Source: Chloroflexota bacterium (GTDB taxonomy: Bacteria; Chloroflexota; Limnocylindria; Limnocylindrales; CSP1-4). From it: a stretch of 64,000 bases of DNA. Each line of letters begins with the position of its first letter. The first letter of the stretch is position 1. The notes under the pieces were generated by a model. The model worked only from the letters and a program-made list of their open reading frames with translations. It searched no databases and was not told the DNA's origin. The DNA lies in the NCBI GenBank assembly GCA_021783095.1, contig JAJXUG010000014.1:1895-65894 (forward strand). Reading direction: 5' to 3'. The translations under genes were made by a program, and so were the position numbers. Positions 1-7,749 of this stretch are shown one piece after another.

Positions 1-724
1 CGACGTCAACCGGCTGATCCCGCTGTACGCGATCGGCGTGTTCACCTCGTTCACGCTGAGCCAATCGGGCATGGTCCGCCACTGGTGGACGGAGCGCGGT
101 CCCGGCTGGCGCAGGAGCGCAGTGATCAACGGCGTCGGCGCAATGGTGACGGCCGTGGTCGTCGTGATCTTTGCGATCGCCAAGTTCGCCCTCGGGGCCT
201 GGATCGTGCTGATCATCGTGCCCGTCATGGTCGTCGGCATGCTCCTCATCGGCCGCGAGTACCGCAGCGCGCAGGTCGAGCTGCACGTCCGGCCGGAGTC
301 TGTGATCGGGCCGCCCAGCCGCGGCCAGCGCGTCATCGTGCCGATGCAGGACATGCGCCGCGACGCGATCCAGGCGATCAAGCTTGGCCTGACGATGTCC
401 AAGAGCGTAGTCGCCGTTCACGTGACCGACGACCTCCACGCCGCCGAGCAGTTCCGGGCGCGCTTCGAGGAGCAGGTCCGCGGCGTGGACCTCGTGATCG
501 TCGAATCGCCGTACCGCGAGTTCGTGCGGCCGCTGATCCGGTACCTCGAGTTCACCGCCGAGAAGGACCCGTCAGTGGTGACGATCGTGCTGATCCCGGA
601 ACGGATCATCAAGCACTGGTGGGAGCGCTTCCTCTACAACCAGAGCGCCTACCGGCTGCGCGATGCGCTCACCGGGCACCCCGGGATCATCGTCGCCGAC
701 GTGCCGTTCCGGCGGCCACGATAG
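1..724 (+). CDS. APC-family transporter, KimA/YdaO-like (C-terminal part; 5' truncated by window)
   Basis: LIPLYAIGVFTSFTLSQSGMVRHW transmembrane motif, then a cytoplasmic tail with VESPYREFVRP...LIPE...HWWERFLYNQSA typical of YdaO/KimA-type APC proteins. Confidence 0.85.
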   Translation, partial: DVNRLIPLYAIGVFTSFTLSQSGMVRHWWTERGPGWRRSAVINGVGAMVTAVVVVIFAIAKFALGAWIVLIIVPVMVVGMLLIGREYRSAQVELHVRPESVIGPPSRGQRVIVPMQDMRRDAIQAIKLGLTMSKSVVAVHVTDDLHAAEQFRARFEEQVRGVDLVIVESPYREFVRPLIRYLEFTAEKDPSVVTIVLIPERIIKHWWERFLYNQSAYRLRDALTGHPGIIVADVPFRRPR

Positions 725-733
725 GGGCGCAGT

Positions 734-988
734 GTGATGGACAGCCTGACCGAGACCGCCGTCCGCGACGAGATCGACCGCGAGCTGCGCCTGATCGATG
801 ACGCGATCGCGCTGATCCGGGCGGGCGCCGCCGTTCGCGTGACCGTGGCCAACCTTCGGCTCGGGTCGAGCGTCCTCGAGGCGGCGAGGGCGCGGGCGGG
901 CCTCCACCGCCTTCGCGTGACGGCCGACTGGACGCCCGGGGACGAGGTCTGCGCGCTGGTCGTCGAGGCGGGGCCGCGCGATGGCTGA
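734..988 (+). CDS. hypothetical protein (84 aa)
   Basis: ORF packed between the APC stop (724) and the overlapping receiver gene start (981); GC3-rich codons. Confidence 0.65.
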   Translation: MMDSLTETAVRDEIDRELRLIDDAIALIRAGAAVRVTVANLRLGSSVLEAARARAGLHRLRVTADWTPGDEVCALVVEAGPRDG

Positions 989-1376
989 CGTGCCAGGCGC
1001 GGAGGGCCCGGGACCCGTGCTGCTGATCGAGGACGAGGACGTCCTGCGCGGGGCGCTGGCCGACGCGCTCCGCCGCCGCGGCGTCGCGACGGTGGACGTG
1101 GGCTCGGCCGAGGACGCGGCCGAGCGGCTGGCCGGCGGCCTCCGACCGGGGCTGGTGTTCCTGGACCTCAACCTGCCCGGCCGGAGCGGTTGGGACCTCC
1201 TCCGCGACGAGCTGGCCCCGACGCCGGGGCGCCCGCCGATCGTCCTGCTCACAGCGCTCACGGTGGACCCGGTGCGGCTCCGGCAGTACGACGTGGTCGG
1301 CTACCTGCCCAAGCCGTTCGCCCTGACGACCTTCCTCGCCACCGCGCATCGGTTCCTCGAGGGCGCCGCCCGATGA
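981..1376 (+). CDS. single-domain response regulator (receiver only)
   Basis: LLIEDE / FLDLNLP (phospho-Asp) / LLTAL / YLPKPF receiver motifs; no output domain. Confidence 0.9.
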   Translation: MADVPGAEGPGPVLLIEDEDVLRGALADALRRRGVATVDVGSAEDAAERLAGGLRPGLVFLDLNLPGRSGWDLLRDELAPTPGRPPIVLLTALTVDPVRLRQYDVVGYLPKPFALTTFLATAHRFLEGAAR

Positions 1377-2482
1377 ACGCCGCGCAAGCCGAGTCCACCC
1401 CGCGGCCGCGCGGGCGCCTGCACGTGTATGCCGGCATGTGCGAGGGCGCCGGCGCGACCAGCCGGATGCTCGAGGAGGGGGCGCGTCTGCAGGCGTCCGG
1501 CACGGACGTCGTCCTGGGCGTGCTGGCCGGCGCCCCGAGCCCGAGGATCGCGTCCCTGGCCGAGGGGTTCGAGTGCGTGGCGGGCGCGTCGGTGGCATAC
1601 CGCGGGGTGACCGTGGAGGGCCTCGATGTCGCGGCGATCCTGGCCCGGCTGCCGGACGTGGCGCTGGTGGACGAGCTCTGGCGTCAGCACGCGCCCGGCC
1701 TGCGCCCCGCCACTCGGTGGGCGGCGGTCGAGGCGATCCGCGACGCGGGGATCGACGTGGTGGCGACGCTGGACCTGGGGCACCTCGCCTCGCTCGCGGA
1801 CGCTGCCGCGACGATCACGGGCGTCGCCGTCCACGAGCGGCTGCCGGACGCCGTGCTCGACGGCGCCGAGGACGTGGAACTGGTTGACGTCAGCCCGTCA
1901 ACGCTCCGGCGGCGCATCGCCGACGGCCAGGTGGTGGATCCCGAGCGTGCCGCAACGCTGCTTGACCGCGTCTACACCGTCGCGAACCTCGAGGCGCTGC
2001 GCGAGCTCGCGCTCCGCAGCCTCACGCGGCGCGTGGAGCGGGAGATCAGCGCCGACGGCGCTCCCGACGCGAGGATGCCAGCTGGGGCGATGGTCGTGCC
2101 GGTTGACGGTGGCCCAGGTGGGCGCGACGCCATCCGGCGAGCGGCGGCCCTGGCCGCTGCGCTGGGCCTCCCGCTGATGGCGGTGGTGGCCGAGGCGGGG
2201 ACGGTGTGGGCAGCCGATGGCGGCAATCCGTTCTCGGCGGTTGACGACCTCGAGCTGGCCCGGGACCTGGGAGCGGAGGTCCTGCCGGTCGCGGCGGCCG
2301 ACGCGGGCGCCGCACTCGTCGCGGCGTCCCGGCGCCTGCGGGCGGGTCACGCCGTCCTGCCGGCACGAACCTCGTCGCTCGGAGACCGGCTGCGGGGACG
2401 ATCGCTGGTGGAGCGACTGGCCGCGGCCGAGCCGAGCCTGGAGCTGCACCTCGTCCCGATCCGGGGCGAGGGGGGCGGCTGA
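1373..2482 (+). CDS. free-standing KdpD N-terminal domain + USP-like domain protein
   Basis: ATG at 1373 overlaps upstream TGA; RGRLHVYAGMCEGAGAT, YRGVTVEGLDV, VALVDEL, GIDVVATL, ITGVAVHERLPD, NLEALRELALR match the KdpD domain; C-terminal USP-like fold. Confidence 0.85.
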   Translation: MNAAQAESTPRPRGRLHVYAGMCEGAGATSRMLEEGARLQASGTDVVLGVLAGAPSPRIASLAEGFECVAGASVAYRGVTVEGLDVAAILARLPDVALVDELWRQHAPGLRPATRWAAVEAIRDAGIDVVATLDLGHLASLADAAATITGVAVHERLPDAVLDGAEDVELVDVSPSTLRRRIADGQVVDPERAATLLDRVYTVANLEALRELALRSLTRRVEREISADGAPDARMPAGAMVVPVDGGPGGRDAIRRAAALAAALGLPLMAVVAEAGTVWAADGGNPFSAVDDLELARDLGAEVLPVAAADAGAALVAASRRLRAGHAVLPARTSSLGDRLRGRSLVERLAAAEPSLELHLVPIRGEGGG

Positions 2483-2542
2483 CCGCGGGAAGGAGCACCG
2501 GCGGGCTCGTGGCCGGCCGCGTGCCCGGGCGCCGGTCCGGCG

Positions 2543-3250
2543 CTACTCGCCCCGCGGCTCGCGGACCCGGTAGCCGACGCCCGGCTCGGCCGCCACGAGG
2601 TCCTTCGCGTCGCCGTCCGGGTCGGCCGCCGCGAGCTTGCGGCGGAGCCGCGACACGTACACGTGGAGGTAGTGGCCCTCGTCGCTGTACGCGGTCCCCC
2701 AGACCGCCCGCAGCAGGCGCCCGCGGGTCAGCACGCGCCCGGGCGCGGCGAGCATCTGCTTGAGCAGCTCGTACTCGCGCGGGGTGAGGTCGAGCTCGCG
2801 CTCCCGCACGGTCACGACGCGCCTGGCAGGATCGAGCGCGATGGAGCCGTTGCGCAGCACGCCCGACGACTCGCCCGCCGGGCCGCCCGCCCGGCGCAGG
2901 AGCGCCACGATCCGGGCCCGCACCTCGCCGATCCCGTACGGCTTGGTCACGTAGTCGTCGGCGCCGGCCTCGAGCGCCTCGATCTTGTCGGTCTCGCGGC
3001 CGCGCGCGGAGAGCACGAGGATCGGCGTGGCGGCCTCGCGCCGCACGCGGCGGATGACGGTGATCCCGTCGAGGTCCGGCAGTCCCAGGTCGAGCACGAT
3101 GAGGTCGGGCCGGGCTGCGTCCCAGGAGCGCAGGGCGGCGGCGGCGTCCTCGGCCTCGACCACCACGTACCCGTGGCCTGTCAGGTTCTGCGCCACTGCC
3201 TCGCGCGCGACGGGATCGTCCTCCACCAGCAGCACGTGCGCCCCGCTCAA
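2543..3250 (-). CDS. kdpE: KdpE-like OmpR-family response regulator
   Basis: LDLGLPDLDG receiver, DKIEALEAGADDYVTKP, winged helix LTPREY...HYLHVYVSRLRRKL...EPGVGYR. Confidence 0.88.
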   Translation of the reverse strand: MSGAHVLLVEDDPVAREAVAQNLTGHGYVVVEAEDAAAALRSWDAARPDLIVLDLGLPDLDGITVIRRVRREAATPILVLSARGRETDKIEALEAGADDYVTKPYGIGEVRARIVALLRRAGGPAGESSGVLRNGSIALDPARRVVTVRERELDLTPREYELLKQMLAAPGRVLTRGRLLRAVWGTAYSDEGHYLHVYVSRLRRKLAAADPDGDAKDLVAAEPGVGYRVREPRGE

Positions 3251-4818
3251 CGGGCGTCCTCCTCGGGTGCCGCGGGCAGGCGGATCCGGACCCCGAGGCC
3301 GCCGAGGTCGCTCGCTTCGGCCGAGATCGTGCCACCCATCGCCTCGACGAACCCCTTCGCGATCGCGAGGCCGAGGCCCATGCCGTGGCGGCCCGCCTCC
3401 TGGCCGACCTGGACGCGGTAGAAGCGGTCGAACAGGTGCGGCAGCGCGTCCTCGGGGACGCCGGGTCCACCGTCGTCGACCGCGAGCACCACCCAGCCTG
3501 ACGCGGGCGTGTCCCCCGACACCCGGATCCGCGCCTCGGCGGGAGTGTGGGCCTCCGCGTTCTCGATCACGTTCCCCAGCGCCACGTCCGCGAGCACCGC
3601 GTCGGCAAGCACCGGCGGCAGGTCGTCGGGGACGGCCACCTCGATCGGGCGCCTCGACCCGGCCGACGGATGGTGCCGGAGCGTCGTCTCGACCAGCTCG
3701 GCGAGATCGTACGGCCGGAGGTCCGCGCGGATGCCCCCGGCCTGGATGCGCCCCATGTCGAGCAGCCCATTGACCAGGTCGCCGAGGCGCGCGCCCTCGG
3801 CGTCGATCTTCTCGGCGGTGGACCGGACGTCCGGCGCCTCGAGGCCCGGCGCGGCGTCGGCCAGGCCGCCGGCCAGGGCGCGGATGCTCGCGATCGGCGT
3901 CCGCAGGTCGTGGGAGACCGAATCGAGGATCGCGCCGCGCAGGGCGTCGCTCTGGCGCGCGACTTCAGCGGCGGTGAGCTCAGCGCGGAGCCTGTCGCGG
4001 CGGTGGGCAAGGGCGAGCTGGTCCGCGGCCAGGGCGAGGAGCCGGCGGGCGCCTCGACCCGGGCGCGGCTCGCCGGCGAGCCGGGTGGCGTGGATCCAGC
4101 CCGCCCGCTTGTCGCCGGCATCAATCGACACCAGATAATGGGCGGGCTCGCCCTCCTTGTCGCTCACCACGGTCGCGCCCGCGTGGAGGCGGAGCCACTC
4201 GGTGGTGTCGTCGGGGTCCGAGCGGACGAGCGTCCAGGGGCTGCCCGGGTCGGCTGGCGGGGTCAGGCCAGTCCACGCGACGGCGCGGCCCGGCCCATCG
4301 GCCACCTCCACCCAGACTTCGTCCATCTCGCCGTCGGCCTGGAGCCGGAGCGCGATGTCAGCCGCGGCCTCCTCGAACGTCGCGGCCATCGCCACGTCGC
4401 GGCTCATCGCCACCAGCGCCACGCCCTCGCGGACGCGGCGGTCCGCCTCCTCCGCACGGTCGCGCTGGAGCGACGCGAGGCGGCCGATCACCACGGCGAC
4501 GATGAGGAACAGCAGCAGGCTCAGCCACTCGGCGAAGTCCGAGACCGAGAGCGTGAACCGGGGCGACGTGAACAGGAAGTCGTAGACCACGAACGAGACC
4601 GCCGACGTCGCGACGGCGGCCCACGTGCCGAGCACGCTCGCCGCCAGCACGACCGCGACGAGGTAGACCGGCGACGCGTCCTGCACGCCGAGACCCTGCT
4701 CGAGGCCCACTGCCGCGAGCGTGGCCAGTGCGATGCCCAGCGCCACCAGACCGATGCGCAGGGCGAGTTCGCCTGCGGTGGCCTCGTCCCGTGTCGGGCC
4801 GCGGGGCGAGGCCGTCAT
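3247..4818 (-). CDS. kdpD: KdpD-like sensor histidine kinase, C-terminal half (4-TM DUF4118 + GAF-like + HisKA + HATPase)
   Basis: 4 TM with YDFLFTSPRFTL, H-box DSVSHDLRTP, N/G boxes DGGPG, FDRFYR, GMGLGLAI; lacks KdpD-N/USP; start set at ATG 4818. Confidence 0.85.
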   Translation of the reverse strand: MTASPRGPTRDEATAGELALRIGLVALGIALATLAAVGLEQGLGVQDASPVYLVAVVLAASVLGTWAAVATSAVSFVVYDFLFTSPRFTLSVSDFAEWLSLLLFLIVAVVIGRLASLQRDRAEEADRRVREGVALVAMSRDVAMAATFEEAAADIALRLQADGEMDEVWVEVADGPGRAVAWTGLTPPADPGSPWTLVRSDPDDTTEWLRLHAGATVVSDKEGEPAHYLVSIDAGDKRAGWIHATRLAGEPRPGRGARRLLALAADQLALAHRRDRLRAELTAAEVARQSDALRGAILDSVSHDLRTPIASIRALAGGLADAAPGLEAPDVRSTAEKIDAEGARLGDLVNGLLDMGRIQAGGIRADLRPYDLAELVETTLRHHPSAGSRRPIEVAVPDDLPPVLADAVLADVALGNVIENAEAHTPAEARIRVSGDTPASGWVVLAVDDGGPGVPEDALPHLFDRFYRVQVGQEAGRHGMGLGLAIAKGFVEAMGGTISAEASDLGGLGVRIRLPAAPEEDAR

Positions 4819-5050
4819 CTCCGGGATGCTCGCTGTGTTCCCACGGCTTCGCAGCCTAGCGCGACGTCGGCCGCCGCGCCGGGTCGCTGCGTCCTGCCGG
4901 CGCACTCATCAGGTGGGTGGTCAACGACCAACGCCCGCCGAGGAGCCTCGAAACGCGCGGATTCCTGCCGTGACACCCGCTGTACGAGTGTTACAGCGAG
5001 TTTCCCGTCGCGAACCCGGATTGCACCCACCGCAGGGGTGCCCGGCGGGC

Positions 5051-5752
5051 TCAGCCCAGGGCGATCTCCGCGAACGACCGCATGTCCGGGCAGACCAGAT
5101 CGGGCGTCGCCTCGGCCGGGGGCGTGGCGCCGAAGCCCGGCTTGTCGTGGCGCCGGTCGATCCAGACCGTCGTCATGCCCAGCGCCTTGGCCGGGACGTG
5201 GTCGTGGAACAGGCTCTGGGCCACGTGGAGGATCCGCTCGCGGGGCACGTCCACGCGAGCGAACAGCGCCTCGAAGTTGGCCGGGCGCGGCTTGTACCCG
5301 CGGGCCTGCTGGGCGGTGACGACCCAGTCGAAGTCCACGCCGAGCCGTCGGTTCGAGCCCGCGAACAGGTCGTCGTCGCAGTTGGTCAGCACGCCGAGCC
5401 TGAAGCGCGCCTTGAGCTTGCGCAGCGCGGCGGCCGAGTCGGCGAACGCCGGCCAGTCGCCCACCGAGGCCGAGAAGGCGGCGATGGCCGCGTCGCCCGG
5501 GTCAACGCCCAGGCCCGCGCAGACGCCCTGCGCCGCGCTCGCCAGCACCTCGCGGTACGTGCGATACACGCCGCGCTCGATCGCCTCCTCGTGCTTCGCG
5601 TAGAGCGCGAGGAGCTCGTCGTCGGTGGCGGTCACGTCATCGCGCGAGAGCACCAGCTGGAACGCGTTGAGGATCCCGCGCTCCCAGTCGATGAGCGTGC
5701 CGTAGCAGTCGAAGGTGAGGGCGTCGAACTGGCTGAAGTCGATGGGGCTCAT
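5051..5752 (-). CDS. HAD-superfamily hydrolase, haloacid dehalogenase type II-like
   Basis: TFDCYGTLIDWE, LTNCD, YKP, HVAQSLFHDHVPA motifs. Confidence 0.9.
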   Translation of the reverse strand: MSPIDFSQFDALTFDCYGTLIDWERGILNAFQLVLSRDDVTATDDELLALYAKHEEAIERGVYRTYREVLASAAQGVCAGLGVDPGDAAIAAFSASVGDWPAFADSAAALRKLKARFRLGVLTNCDDDLFAGSNRRLGVDFDWVVTAQQARGYKPRPANFEALFARVDVPRERILHVAQSLFHDHVPAKALGMTTVWIDRRHDKPGFGATPPAEATPDLVCPDMRSFAEIALG

Positions 5753-5774
5753 GGCGCGATGCTACAGGCGTCGG

Positions 5775-6078
5775 GGATGCGCCGGTCACCCGGATGCGCC
5801 GGTCGCCGAGCCGCACCGATTTCCCCAAAGGCTCGCGGTGCGGTCCTTATCCGCGTCGAAATCGCCGGATGCTCGTGGGGGCGGTCATCTGCGCACAATC
5901 TGCACCAAGAAACCGCCGCATGACCACCGTGCGGTCCCAATCCAGGAAGTCCTTGGCGAAGGACCGCACACACGGTCATCTGCGGGAAACGCGTCGCGGA
6001 CGCATGCGTGCGCAGCGGTCGACCACGACGTATTGGGGCAGACGGCCACCCGGAGTGACCGCAGCACGGTCATCTGCG
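5775..6078. repeat. intergenic array of CGGTC-cored repeats/hairpins (REP/BIME-like)
   Basis: CGGTCATCTGCG at 5882, 5973, 6067; GTGCGGTCC ending 5846 and 5937; GGATGCGCCGGTC at 5775 and 5792; GACCG-N5/6-CGGTC hairpins at 5962-5977 and 6056-6072. Confidence 0.6.
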
Positions 6079-6089
6079 CAGAAGTTGCT

Positions 6090-6608
6090 CTACGCGTTGG
6101 GCGGTTGCGCCCGCAGCCGAGGCTCCGGACCCTGAGCCGCCTCGATCGCCACCCGGAGCTCCTCCAGCTCGTGCGCGTACTCGTCATCCGGCATCGGCGG
6201 CCATTCCTGGTCGGCCATCATGAACCGCGGCGGGCGGCCGGGATCGGGGTCGTCGGTGTAGCGGGGCACGATGTGCGTGTGGAGGTGCGGGAGGCCGTTC
6301 CCGAGCGTGAGGTAGTTGAGCTTGACCGGGTGGTACGCCCGCTCGATGCCGAGCGAGACCAGGCGCACCTCGCTCGCGAAGGCGGACGCCTCCTCGTCTG
6401 TCAGGTCGGTTGGGTCGGCGGCATGGCGGCCCCGCCAGAAGACCAGGGTGTAGCCCCGGGCAGCCAGGTCGCGGTTGAGGTACGCGTCCGACACGCGACC
6501 GGCGAAGACGCGCCGGCCGTTCGGGATCTGGTCGGGGCGGCCCTCCCGGCAAGCGAGGCAGCCGACACCCCGTCTGCGGTCCTCCCAGTCGTCGGGCCAA
6601 GTTCTCAT
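6090..6608 (-). CDS. HIT family protein
   Basis: N-terminal CLAC, LGNGLPHLHTHIVPRY histidine triad; start ATG 6608 after GGAGGG. Confidence 0.88.
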   Translation of the reverse strand: MRTWPDDWEDRRRGVGCLACREGRPDQIPNGRRVFAGRVSDAYLNRDLAARGYTLVFWRGRHAADPTDLTDEEASAFASEVRLVSLGIERAYHPVKLNYLTLGNGLPHLHTHIVPRYTDDPDPGRPPRFMMADQEWPPMPDDEYAHELEELRVAIEAAQGPEPRLRAQPPNA

Positions 6609-6737
6609 TGAGCCCTCCAGCGCGGTGCTATCGCCGACAGATCGTCTGCAGCATGAGGACCCGTGATCGGAACAGAGGCACACGCCGAATCGGTGGCGAA
6701 CCCGGCCGCCAACGGCCCACGCCCCGCACCGCCGTCA

Positions 6738-7622
6738 TCAGCCCGCCAGCGCCCCCGCGATCGCGGCCACATGCGCCGCAGTCGTCCCGCAGCAGCCGCC
6801 GACGATCGTGGCGCCCAGATCGGCCACGCGCCGGGCGTAGGCCGCCGCCTCCTCGGGCGTGCCCGGGTATGTGGTCACGCCCTCGGCCGTCCCCGACGGG
6901 ATGCCCGCGTTCGCCTTGGCCACGATGTGGAGGCCCGGCGCGTGCGCGGCCAGGATCGGGATCACGGCCTCGACCGGCGCCCAGCCGTCGCCGCAGTTGG
7001 CGCCGATCCCCGCCACGCCCAGCGCCACGAGCTTGTCGGCTGCCTCCTCCGCGGGGTTGCCGAACATGGTCCGGTTGCGCGCGGCGAACACGAGGGTGCA
7101 GACCACCGGCAGCCCCGGCGCGCCCTCCCTGGCGCCCTCGACGGCGGCGATCGCCTCGTTGAGGTCCATCATCGTCTCGACCCAGATCACGTCCACGCCC
7201 GCCTCGGCGAGCGCGACGGCCTCCTGCGCGTAGGCGGCGCGGACCTCGCCCGGGTCGAGCAGCCCGTACGGGATCATCAGGCCGCCGGTCGGGCCCATCG
7301 AGCCCGCCACGAGGCGATCCGGACCAGCGGCCGAGCGCGCCACGGCCACCGCAGCACGGCAGACGTCCGCCGTCCGGCCCGCGATCTCCGAGTCGCCGAT
7401 GCGAATGGCGTTGGCGCCGAACGTCGAGGTCAGGACAAGGCCCGAGCCCGCCTCGACATGGCTGCGGTGCACGCCCTCGATCATCGCGGCGCCGTCCGGG
7501 GTCAGCAGCCACGCCTCGGGGGACTCCCCCACCGGCATGCCGGCGCTGAACAGGGCGGTGCCCATCGCGCCATCGGCGATGAGCGGGCGGGCGAGTGACG
7601 AGGGCGCGGGCAGGGTGGGCAT
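6738..7622 (-). CDS. homocysteine S-methyltransferase family protein (stand-alone MetH Hcy-binding domain)
   Basis: DGAMGT, TFGAN, GSMGPTG, ETM, GANCG, ANAGIP, GGCCGTT with Zn-ligand cysteines intact. Confidence 0.9.
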   Translation of the reverse strand: MPTLPAPSSLARPLIADGAMGTALFSAGMPVGESPEAWLLTPDGAAMIEGVHRSHVEAGSGLVLTSTFGANAIRIGDSEIAGRTADVCRAAVAVARSAAGPDRLVAGSMGPTGGLMIPYGLLDPGEVRAAYAQEAVALAEAGVDVIWVETMMDLNEAIAAVEGAREGAPGLPVVCTLVFAARNRTMFGNPAEEAADKLVALGVAGIGANCGDGWAPVEAVIPILAAHAPGLHIVAKANAGIPSGTAEGVTTYPGTPEEAAAYARRVADLGATIVGGCCGTTAAHVAAIAGALAG

Positions 7623-7685
7623 GGCGCGAGCATCCGGTGTCGAAGGGCGCGAGTCAAGGACCGGATGAGACGCCCTCGGGAATCA

Positions 7686-7717
7686 CGACGGCCGGCCCCC
7701 GGGGGAGCCGGCCGTCG
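7686..7717 (-). terminator. GC-rich hairpin downstream of aminotransferase
   Basis: CGACGGCCGGC / GCCGGCCGTCG 11-bp inverted repeat ~30 nt after stop 7750; no clear U-tract. Confidence 0.55.
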
Positions 7718-7749
7718 CCGTCAGTCGCGAGCGCCGCTGGCGCCGCGGA

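Noticed and set aside
4905..4912. CTGATGAG on the minus strand resembling a hammerhead ribozyme core
   Set aside because: No GAAA follows the candidate stem II; it also does not fit SAM-I or fluoride riboswitch consensus as I recall them
5775..6078. Possible CRISPR array
   Set aside because: Repeats are at most 13 nt and degenerate, spacing is irregular, and no cas genes are present; kept only as a REP-like array
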